A stretch of DNA of 64,000 nucleotides from Antechinus flavipes (Eukaryota), in the NCBI RefSeq assembly GCF_016432865.1, contig NC_067404.1, positions 33,852,001-33,916,000 of the forward strand, given 5' to 3'. The position numbers and the translations under genes were made by a program. The notes below the pieces were generated by a model that did no database searches, was not told the origin of the DNA, and saw nothing but the letters and a program-made list of their open reading frames with translations. Of the stretch, positions 1 to 10,380 are shown one piece after another. Positions within the stretch are counted from its first letter, which is position 1. Each line of letters begins with the position of its first letter.

Positions 1-352
1 TCCTCCTTTTCACCTAGTAAAGTTGGCAATTTTTCCTCCTGTACTTTCCTTTTCATCATTCTATCACTTAAATAACTTCTTATAGCCAATTGTATTACAT
101 TATATGTATTAATTATTGAGTTAGGCCCATTTTTATCATAGAATTGACAAAGATCCTCTCCAACCAATTTCCATTCATTTAGATCTAATTCCTTATCAGA
201 GAGAAACAAGGACATATGTCCTTTACAGTTTGTAAAAGTTCAGTGATTTGCTGTAAACTTATAATTAAACCTTGGCTTTCCATAATTTTGACAATGCTCT
301 CTAAACATTTTCCTTGAACAGAAACAGACTGTTTTCTAAATATCTGTCCCAT
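1..352 (-). pseudogene. gag: ERV gag 5' end (betaretrovirus-like matrix), frameshifted, runs off the window
   Basis: ATG at 352 reads MGQIFRKQSVSVQGKCLESIVKIMESQGLIISLQQITELLQTVKDICPCFS to an in-frame TAG at 187-185. The shifted frame continues DKELDLNEWKLVGEDLCQFYDKNGP, resembling the betaretroviral MA pattern CPWF..G.LDL..W..VG..L. It lies directly downstream of a PBS and LTR. Confidence 0.75.
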
Positions 353-462
353 CTTAGATGAAATTCTACTTTAACTCTTCTAACAAAATTTCAGGATCAG
401 AGGCTTTTCCACTTGAATCAGGATCGGAGCTTTTCCACTGAAATCCACTGAGGGGTCTGTTT

Positions 463-482
463 GTCCCACGTTCAGGGCGCCA
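463..482 (-). promoter_or_regulatory. tRNA-Lys-type primer binding site
   Basis: Minus strand TGGCGCCCTGAACGTGGGAC, 3 nt after the LTR terminal CA. Confidence 0.85.
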
Positions 483-485
483 AAA

Positions 486-888
486 TGTGGTGAGCTTTTT
501 CTTCTCAAAACGTAGCCAGGTGATGAAAGTTCAGATCTTTTAATATCTCCAAGATAGCCCGGTTAGCTTAGAGGCCTATCTCTCTGCTTGGTTCCAAGAG
601 CTCTCTCCAAATGTCTTTAAATCCAAAGGTCTGGTCCTTCAGCCTCTGCCTCTGCTTTCTTCAGCCTCCAGCCAGCTCCAGTCTTCATGTCATTCCGGTG
701 AAATCTCGACTTGTAGCGTCTTCCTCTCTCAAGAACTTCCGACTGGCCCATTGGCCTATTTATGCTCCTTCCAGAGAGAGGGATTATGGGTAGTTCTACT
801 TAGTACCTTGTTTCAGGTTCTGCCCAAAACATCTTTTTGTAAGATTAGATCAACTCTAACTACTTAGCAGTTAGTAAGGATTCCAACA
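486..888 (-). mobile_element. 5' LTR of ERV (~403 bp)
   Basis: Minus strand starts TG (888) and ends CA (486), with TATA-like CATAAATA and ATTAAA inside; followed by PBS and gag. Confidence 0.8.
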
Positions 889-904
889 ATCTTGGATTTA
901 ATAT

Positions 905-1062
905 ATATTTTAATGTGTTTAACATATATTGGACTGCTTGCCATCTAGGGGAGGGGATGGGGGGAAGGAGGAGAAAATCCGAAACACAAGGCTATGCAAA
1001 GGTCAATGTTATCAAATTATCCATGCATATATTTTGAAAATAAAAAAGCTTTATAAAAAAGA
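905..1062 (+). mobile_element. L1 3' UTR terminal fragment
   Basis: Marsupial L1 3' end with G-rich tract, AATAAA and A tail. Confidence 0.75.
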
Positions 1063-1389
1063 GAATTACTTACTTGTATCTATTGATCATTTCTCCACTG
1101 TGCACTAGCAATCATTGCTCTAGTTTCTTACTACAATAATGCAAAACTACAACAGTTTTTCATACATTTTAAATGTCAAAATTTTATCTTTTATATTTGT
1201 CCTGAATATCTTAAATCTGTATTCCCTTAAATATTTTTTCTGCAAAGTATTATTGTAGATACATGTGGTCAAAAACATTTATTTTTTCCCTAATCATTCT
1301 TTCCATTCAGTGAATTCGGAAAAATTCCATCTACCCTCCACAATTAAGTTAAATACTTTGGTCAGTTTTCTTCCATATTCTTCTAGAGT

Positions 1390-2470
1390 TCACTTCTCCT
1401 CTACCCTAATTTTTGGAATTAATTTTTTTTTAATTCCAGCTGGAATTTACTGGTGTAAAGTCTCCAGAGCTTTCCCATCAAACTTTAAAAAAATTTTAAA
1501 TAATGAATTCCATTTTCAGATTTTATTTTCTGTGTGTTTATCAAATACCATTTTTTGATGAACACTTGTTTGGATATGGTTTGCTTTGGCTATTCCACTA
1601 ATGTTTTCTCTCCATTTTTTACCTAGTACTAGACAGTTTTGATGATAGCTGTCTTAAAATATATTTTACGATCTGGCAGTACTCAACTTTCGTAAGCTTT
1701 TCTCTATGATGTATCTCTTAGTATCTCAACCTCTTATTTTTCCACCAAAAAGTCATTATTATTTTGCCTAATTTCATAAAGAAACTTATTGGTATCTCAA
1801 TTGATATTTGAGTGAAGAGCCAATATGTTACAGTGGCTAGCAAGCTCACCTCAAAATTAGACAAACTTGGATGAAAGTCTTGCTTATGACACATGTTGGT
1901 TGCAAGTCACGTAACTTCTCAGTGTAAACTAGGTGTGAAGGAAGGTACCAACCCACAGTAGTAGAGAGAGTTTTCTATACCATTAAATCAAATATCTAAT
2001 CCCTGTCTATTACATTGGAAAGGGGGCTGGAGTTTTGGAGTCAGAGGATGTAACTTTAGATCCCAGTCCAACCACTTATTCTGTAACCTTGGACAAGTCA
2101 CCCTCTCTGTGTCTCAGATTCCTTATCTATGAAATGAAGATGTTGGACTAGATGGCCTCTGAGGCTTTTACCCTATGACTCTATAATTTGGAGGATATTG
2201 GTATTTTCACTGTTTAATCAAATGTATCTATAAATGTTAAATATTTCTGTCACTAATGGGATCATTTTTATCCCTGAGGATTCAAGACATTTTATTTTTC
2301 TTGCTGTAACTTCCATATATAAATATTTTGTCCTCTTCATTTCTAATTTTAATCCTGTTTTGTTTGCTTATTGCAATGGCTAAAATTCCAATACTAGATC
2401 AAATGAAAGCAAAGAGAATGGCATTCTGGGTTTATACCTGCTGTTAGTTGAAATGCTTCTAAAAAGAGAG
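1390..2470 (-). mobile_element. Old L1 ORF2 fragments interrupted by two plus-strand MIR-type SINEs (~1820-1990, ~2020-2190)
   Basis: Degraded L1 antisense motifs (gacagttttgatgata, gatctggcagtact); MIR core (gacaagtca...tcagattccttatctatgaaatg). Confidence 0.55.
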
Positions 2471-3121
2471 GAAGAATCTTTCTGCTACCAGCTGAGTGGT
2501 GGACAGGATGCTGCTTCTGGCCTCTTTCAGCTTCCTCTTTGTGCTGACTTTTATCTTTGTTAAACAGGATCAAATGAAAAGATATTTGTAAAGCACTTAG
2601 GACAGTGCTGGGCACAGAGCCCAGTGCTTAAGAAATGTTCTTTTCCTTCTAACTTCCCTTCTTCGGTGAAAGAGCATACTTTGCATCCAAGTCTTGGAGA
2701 GGATGGGGCAGACCTAGCTCTCTTGGCTTTTTATTGCTCTCCCATTAAGCAACCGGCAAGTATTATTTAGCAAATGCTCTCTTGTGCCAGGTATTGTGCT
2801 AGCCACTAACTATACATCTAACAAAAAATACAACCCAAGACAACAAATCCATAATCCTTGCCCCCAAGAGCTTATATGCTATCATCTTAAAGGAATTTGC
2901 CGCTTGTGGAATGGCCATCTCAGAGGAGTGAGCCTTCACCTTAATTTGACCAGATCATCTCCATACTGTCCTGTTGTACTGCCCCTCTTCCATCTCCATT
3001 TACCCACACTCTTCCAGTTCCATTTATTATCTTATCTTCAAGGGCTTTAAGGATGGGGATTATTTTACTTGAATTCATATCTTTAGCTGTTAGTGCAGTG
3101 TGACACATAGTAAATGCTTAA

Positions 3122-3538
3122 NNNNNNNNNNNNNNNNNNNNNNNNNNNNNNNNNNNNNNNNNNNNNNNNNNNNNNNNNNNNNNNNNNNNNNNNNNNNNNN
3201 NNNNNNNNNNNNNNNNNNNNNNNNNNNNNNNNNNNNNNNNNNNNNNNNNNNNNNNNNNNNNNNNNNNNNNNNNNNNNNNNNNNNNNNNNNNNNNNNNNNN
3301 NNNNNNNNNNNNNNNNNNNNNNNNNNNNNNNNNNNNNNNNNNNNNNNNNNNNNNNNNNNNNNNNNNNNNNNNNNNNNNNNNNNNNNNNNNNNNNNNNNNN
3401 NNNNNNNNNNNNNNNNNNNNNNNNNNNNNNNNNNNNNNNNNNNNNNNNNNNNNNNNNNNNNNNNNNNNNNNNNNNNNNNNNNNNNNNNNNNNNNNNNNNN
3501 NNNNNNNNNNNNNNNNNNNNNNNNNNNNNNNNNNNNNN
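3122..3538. other. Assembly gap (417 N)
   Basis: Run of N. Confidence 1.
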
Positions 3539-3745
3539 CAGTGGATAGAGTGCCAGGTCTGGAGTCAGGAAGATCTGAGTTTCAATCTGTCCTCAGACAC
3601 TTAATAGCTATGTGAACCTGGGCAAGTCTCTTAACTATTTTCCTCTTTTTGCTTAGAAAATGGCAAACTGCTCCATCATCTTTGCCAAGGAAACCCCAAA
3701 TTGAATGAGAAAGAGTTGGACATGTCTGAAAACACTAAATAACAT
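3539..3745 (+). mobile_element. MAR1-type CORE-SINE with RTE-like tail, 5' end cut by the gap
   Basis: gtggatagag...gagtttcaatc...ctgggcaagtc...gaaaatggcaaactgctcc...gacatgtctgaaaac. Confidence 0.75.
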
Positions 3746-4116
3746 CGATCTGTCTGTCTGTCTATCTGTTGTTCTTCACTATTCTTCATTCACTGTCTCC
3801 ATATCACTATCTTACAAAGACTTGCTTTTATTCATAGATAAAAAATTCCTAAAGCTTAGCATTGTACTTTTTATATAGTAAACACTTAATAAATGCTTTT
3901 TTCATTCACCATCCATCCATTTATTCATTCATTTTCTCTTTTTTAAATCAAGCATTTATCCTCCTTCAATCTCATATTTTCTTTTTTATTCTTCATGATC
4001 TTCCAAAGATCATTGACAGGGGCTCTTTCCACAATCTCATGGTCCTTCGGTACAGGTGGATATATAGAGTTCATCTGGCCCAGGTGACCTTATCTCATCA
4101 TGAGGTCAGCTCTTAC

Positions 4117-4194
4117 TATCTTGAGATTCAATTCCCCAATAGCCATTTTGTTCTGTTTTTCACAATTCAAATGATTTAAGTGTTGCTTTAGGGT
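4117..4194 (-). CDS. Candidate internal exon, TLKQHLNHLNCEKQNKMAIGELNLKI (phase 0-0), unidentified gene
   Basis: Acceptor atttcaattatttttctgcag, donor ATA|gtaaga, 78 bp, only one frame open, non-repetitive sequence. No homology recognised. Confidence 0.3.
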
Positions 4195-4664
4195 CTGCAG
4201 AAAAATAATTGAAATGGGAAATGTTCAAGTTCTTCTATAACTGGTTCTTCTTACATTTACTATCTAATTGAGTGACTTTGTGATAAAAGCAGCACCACAA
4301 CCAGGAAAGAAAGAAAGAAAACACACAGAGAGATTTCCCATGTATCCTAATGCAGTTTACTGACAGATGTTTTGTACAGACAGAAGGGAATGTAGGGGAC
4401 TTGAGGATGAGATGGGATGCTCCTCAGATCTATATCTCCAGATGGATAGCTACCAAATCAGCTAATGGGGGATGGCAACTACAGAGGTTTGGGGAGGGTT
4501 GCAGCACTAAAGATGCTATAACAGACTATCTATTTTATACAGAAAAAGTCACACTCCTGACACATGTGAAGATTGTTTCAAATTCATGATTCCCAGGGAT
4601 TTTAGAGTAGGGATGAGCTAAATCAAATGTCCAGGAAAGGATCATATAGCTAATCCTTCTTATC

Positions 4665-4856
4665 CAGGGGTCCTCAAACTTTTTAAATAGGGGGCCAGTT
4701 CACTGTCCCTCAGACTGTTGGAGGGTTGGACTATAGTAAAAACAAAAACTTTGTTTTGTGGACCTTTAAATAAAGAAACTTCATAGCCCTGGGGGAGGGG
4801 GATAAATGTCCTCAGCTGCCGAATCTGGCCAGTGGGCCATAGTTTGAGGACCCCTG
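4665..4856. mobile_element. hAT-Charlie MITE (OC1/OposCharlie1-like), 192 bp
   Basis: Perfect 16 bp TIRs CAGGGGTCCTCAAACT / AGTTTGAGGACCCCTG; degraded TSD tcttatc / tattatc. Family name is from recall. Confidence 0.8.
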
Positions 4857-6399
4857 TATTATCTCTGCCTAAAATGCAGAAAGCTATCAATCTCTGGCCC
4901 CAGGAACTCTGGTACTGCAAAAAAAAAAACAAAAAAAAAAAAAACAAAAACCTTTCTTAACTTGGGATGAGTTCAGCATTATCATACTTTTGGAAACAGG
5001 GAGAAATGTTCCCAGCAATTCAGAGATGTATGAAAAAGTTGTGAAATTGCAATGAATTGAATGGATGGGGGGGTAGGGGTAGTGGGATCAGTAAACAACA
5101 GACCTCCCTAATAGAATTATTTTATCTCTAAATAAAGTGATCATTGCCAAGGGAGAGAATGGCCTTGAGACTTATTCTTTGGAGCAAGGATAATTTGTAA
5201 GGAGTTACAGCTTTTCTTTGATACATTTCTAGTAATCAGTGTCTATTCCTTCACCAAAAAGAAATAATAATCCTTTGAAGTGGCCAGATTGCTAAAGGGA
5301 AAACATCTAGACATACTTTATTAAAGGGGTACATAGCAGACATTATGGAAATGGCCTGTCACAGTCACAGTTTTGTTGTCACCAATAACAGAGAGATATA
5401 TAGTAGGATGACAAAACCATAGTTTGTCCCACCCATATGTCTTAGTCTTCAAAAGGATACGAGCAGGATCCCCAGTTACACAGCTGAAGTAAAGTAAGCT
5501 GGGTTATCTTTAGGATAACTGCAATAGGATGAGGTCATTATCCTGACTTTAAAGATCAATGGATTCAGAGTCACAGGACATGAGTGTAAATTCTGACTGC
5601 CATTTTCTGCCTGTGGTACAACAGATAAATCACTTATTTCTTTGGGTCTCAGTTTCCTCACTTGTAAAATTATGAAGAGTTTAATTAGATGACTTTTAGG
5701 GTCTTTTCCAGCTCTATGATCAATTACCCCAATTATCTCTCTGTTTTTTTAAAGGGCTATCTTTTAAATAACAATATTCTTCAGTTGATTTAGCATGATT
5801 GTGAATCATGAAATTCTTGTGTCCAAAGAATTGAAATTAAAAATCACTTAAAAGGCAACAGAGAGGTTCATGGTGGGTTTAAGTAGGCTGCAATGCCAGA
5901 CAAAAGAGGAATTATGGAAAAGTGGCAGTAAAAAGGGTATCAGAAAAATACAGCAGGAGCAGGAGCAGGAGGATGAAGAGGAGGAGCTGAAGGAGGAGGA
6001 CTAATCATGTAATGAGAGGCTAAAATAATTGATGAACAACCCATATGTTCTACCACTATCCACACAAATAATGTAACCGAGACCATCATTTGGAGTAGAT
6101 CCCCTACGGAAAATGTTTCCAATGTCCAAAGATTTTTCAGATATGGATAGGCTGAGATCTGTACCAATAGAAGGAGTATCTACATTAATGAAATACATCT
6201 TACATGATATAAATTACATGAGAACATCCAAGAGCCAAGATGGTAAAAAAAAAAAAAAACAGTAAATCACTAAATATCCCACATTTCCATGAAATAGTAT
6301 CCCCAAAACAAATCCTGGAATAGGAGAACCAGCAAAAAGATGGGGTGAAATTAGCCCAAGAAACTTGAAAGATTACCAAGAAAAGTCTTTCTCACTCTG

Positions 6400-7265
6400 G
6401 CAAAAGGGGAAAGCAATCCAAGTGATAGATGTTGAAGAGGATGTGGGAAAATTGGGTTAATAATGCACGGTTGTTGAAGTTGTGAACTAATACAGCTATT
6501 TTGGAGAACAATTTGGAACAATGCCAAAGGACGAGATGCATAATTTTTTATCCAGTAATACCACTACTAGATTTGTATCCTAAAGAAATAAAAAAGGGGA
6601 AGAAGGACCTACATGTGCAAAAAATATTTATAGTAAATAGTAACTCTTTTCATAGTGGGAAAATATTGGAAATTGAGGGGATATCCATCAATTAAAGCAT
6701 GGCTGAACAAGCTCAATTAAAGAATGGCTGAGCAAGCTGTGGTATATGAATGTAATGGAATACTATTGTGCAATAAGAAATGATGAATAAGCAGATTTCA
6801 GAAAAACCTAGAAAGACTTGTATGAACTGATACAAAGTAAAATGAGCAGAACCAATAAAAGATTATACACAGGATCAGCATCATCGTGTGATGATCAACT
6901 ATGAATGACTTAGCTCTTCTCAGCAACACAATAATCCAAGACATGTACAAAGGACTAATGAGGGCAAATCCACTTCTATTTAAAGAACTAATGGACTCTG
7001 AAGGTAAATTAAAGCATACTTTTCACATACTTTATTCTTTTTCATTTTTTTTCCTCGATCTGTTTTTTTTTCACACCTGTGACTGATATGTAAATATGTT
7101 CTACATGGTAGCACACATATAACCTCTATCAAATTGTTTACCATTTTAGGAAGAGGGGAGGGAAGGGAGGAAGGGAGAAACATTTGGAACTCAAAATCTT
7201 GTAAAAATGAATGTGAAAATGAGTCGAGTGTAATTGGGGAAAAAATAAAATACTATTTACAAAAA
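6400..7265 (+). mobile_element. L1 ORF2 C-terminus plus 3' UTR
   Basis: gaggatgtgggaaaattggg...ccagtaataccactactag...aatgtaatggaatactattgtgc; L1 3' UTR and A tail. Confidence 0.9.
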
Positions 7266-7434
7266 AAGAAAAATATATCTGTGATAATTAATGCCAATTT
7301 TAACTCCTTTCATTGGAGTCTATATCTACCCATTTGTCTATCTACCTATCTATATCATAATGTGGCCCACCTGAAACCTGAGGATTCTTATCCCCAATTA
7401 ATCAGCATTTATTAAGCATCTACTATGTGTTGCT

Positions 7435-7750
7435 CTTTTAAGTTGTTTGTCTTTCATTCTGGAAAAGGACCATGACAACAGTGAGGTGATGCCATGACAC
7501 AAAGGTGAATTGGATTTAAGTGAGGGAGGGCTGGACAACACCTGCTTCACTTTCTCCTCCAGAGTCATATGGGTCCAGCGGCCAAATACAGATCAGGATG
7601 AGTGGAGATGGCCCTGGATGAGGTAGATCTTTAACAGGTCTCAGTTTGACAGGAGCTAACACCCTCATTTTACAGAGAAAAAAATTGAGGCAAACAGATG
7701 AAATGAAGTGCCTTGCTCAGAATGACACAGAAAGTTAAGTGTCTGAAATA
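7435..7750 (+). mobile_element. MdoRep1-like RTE-related SINE followed by an antisense MIR fragment
   Basis: gttgtttgtctttcattctggaaaaggaccatgac...gaattggatttaagtgagggaggg...ggagatggccctggatg. Confidence 0.65.
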
Positions 7751-7829
7751 GGGGCCTTGAAAGTTAGTCATGCAAAACAAATTTCTGCATTAGCCATGTT
7801 CTAAAAACAATCACAAAAAAGTGAAGAAA

Positions 7830-9000
7830 GAGAAAAATATGCTTCCAATTCTTTGCTATCACAAAAAGTATTGCTATAAATATTTTTGCGCATATGGATC
7901 CTTTTCCTTTTTCTTTGATCTCATCAGGGGTATGGACCTAGTAGAAGTATTCTTGGGTTGAAAATTTTGTTTAGTTAAATAGCTTTTTGGGCAAAGTTCC
8001 AAATTACATTCCAGAATGGTTAGAGTAGTTCAGAACTCTACCAGTTGTGCATGTGTACCTATTTTCCCAATCCCCTCCAGTATTTGTCATTTTCTTTTCT
8101 GTCATATTAGTCAATCTGAAGGGCATAAGGTAGTACTGCAGAATTGTTTTAATTAGTATTTCTCTGTAATTAGTGATTTAAAGTCTTTTTCACATGGTCA
8201 TTGATAACTTCGGTTTCTTTCTTTGAAAACTGCCTATTCAAATCCTTTGACTATATATCCACTGGGAAATGGTTTTTGGACTTGAACATTTGACTCAGAT
8301 CCCTATATATTTCTAAAATGAGACTTTTAACAGAGAAACTTGCTACAGAGATTCCTTCTACCACCACCACTAGTTTCATGCTTTCCTTTTTTTTTTTTTT
8401 ACTAGCATTGGTTTTATTTATGATTTTTTTTCAATTTTGTATAATAAATATTATCCATTTTACCTCTGTGAAACTTTCTATTTCTAATTTGTCCATGGTC
8501 TGACAAGTTATTTCTTTCATGTTCTACTAATTTGCTTATGATATTGTCCTTGGANNNNNNNNNNNNNNNNNNNNNNNNNNNNNNNNNNNNNNNNNNNNNN
8601 NNNNNNNNNNNNNNNNNNNNNNNNNNNNNNNNNNNNNNNNNNNNNNNNNNNNNNNNNNNNNNNNNNNNNNNNNNNNNNNNNNNNNNNNNNNNNNNNNNNN
8701 NNNNNNNNNNNNNNNNNNNNNNNNNNNNNNNNNNNNNNNNNNNNNNNNNNNTCTTCATTTATTAGAGCCTAATCTGTTCCACTGATCAATCTCTATTTCT
8801 TACCCAGTACCAAAGTATTTTTGATGATTATAGATTTATAGGAGAGTTTGAGATCTGGTACTGCTAGGCCCTCTTGTTTCCTTTTTTCCAATTAATTTTT
8901 TTGATATTCTTGACCTTTGGTTTCTTCAGATGAATTTTGTGGGGTTTTTTTAGCTATATAAAGTAATTCTTTGGAAGTATGATTGGCACGGCACTGAATA
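7830..9000 (-). mobile_element. Old L1 ORF2 fragments spanning a gap
   Basis: Antisense L1 motifs ttccagaatggtt, agtcaatctga, tcaaatcctttgac, gagatctggtactgctaggcc. Confidence 0.75.
8555..8751. other. Assembly gap (197 N)
   Basis: Run of N. Confidence 1.
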
Positions 9001-9004
9001 AGTA

Positions 9005-10380
9005 AATCAGTCAATACATATTTATTAAGCACTTCTATGTGACAGACTCTGTGCTAAATACTAGGGATACAAAAAAAAGAGGCAAAAAAAACAGTCCTTG
9101 ATTTCAAGAAACTTCTTCTAATAGAGGAGGCACCATGCAGACAAATATGTACAAACAAGTTATAGACAGGATAAACAGAAAATAATTATCAGAAGAAAAG
9201 CATTAGAATCAAGAGGATTTGGGAAAGACTTCCTTTAGAAGGTGTGATTTTAGTTGGGATTTAAAGGAAGCTAGGAACCTAAACAGAGTAAAGGAGGAAT
9301 AATGTTCCAGAATGGGGAACAGTCAAAGAAAAGGCTGAGAACTGAATAATGCAGCATCTTCTCAAACACCTTCTGGCTTCCCCAGTGCCCCACTTTGGAA
9401 GCATTGAAAAGGTACTGATCCCGAGACTGAACTGTGAAAGCAATTTATCAATATAAAAGAGAGAAACTCCAGACAGCCATCCTCTCCCCCAAGAGAGCAT
9501 AGCCTAATTTTAGCATAAAGTCCACAGCTAAAAAGTAGGCTGGAAAAATGAGCAAATAAAAAAATCTGATCATAAAAAGCTATTATGGAGACAGGGAAGC
9601 TCAAGGAACAAAACTCCAACTCAGAACCCCCTTTTCCTCTTAGCAGTGTAGATAAGAGAACATTTCTCTCCGTCCAAGTCTCTGTCTTAATGGAGTTACT
9701 ACTTGGTTTGCAGTTGGGGAACCCCCTCCCACAGGATCCTGGGCCATATTTAATTGTGCTGTTCTCTCAGGTTCTCTACTCCCTCCCCCCAAAAAGTTGA
9801 TACTGATGTATCAACTCACAATTATTCTCACAAGAGGAGCCAACTAATTCATCTAGAGATGGGAGAGAATATACAAGTCATTGAAAATTCAATGAAATGG
9901 AACCAACATTTATTAATCTCCTACTGTAATGAAACACTATACCCAATGCAGAAATACAATAGCCTAAATGGATACAGTCCCTGCCCCTCAGGGAGCTTAG
10001 ATTCTACTGGGAAAGCAACATGTACATAGTAAAGTAAATATTATATTTATATACACAAAATAAATATAAAGTAATTAACTAGTAATTTAGAAGATAGGAG
10101 TCTTAACAAGTGAAATTATGAGGACCTGTAGGCCACAGCACTTGAGCTGTCTGGAACGGAATTAGAGTTTGGAAGAGACAAAGGTGAGAGAAAGAGCATT
10201 CAAGATCTGGGGGCAGTCTGTGCAAAGCTGTGGAGGTGATCTATGGCACGCCATGTAGAAATACCAAAAAGTAGTCCAGGTTGGCTAAAATGAAGACGGT
10301 ATGAAGGAGAATAATGGAAAATAAGTCTAAAAGGATAAATTGGAGACAGATTGAGAAAGGCTTGAAATGCAAGATTTCAC
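9005..10380 (-). mobile_element. L2 3' fragments with a small plus-strand L1 ORF1 start (~9480-9620)
   Basis: tttattaagcacttctatgtg...gtgctaaatactagggatac (L2); atgagcaaataaaaaaatctgatcataaaaagctattatggagacagg (L1 ORF1 start). Confidence 0.6.
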
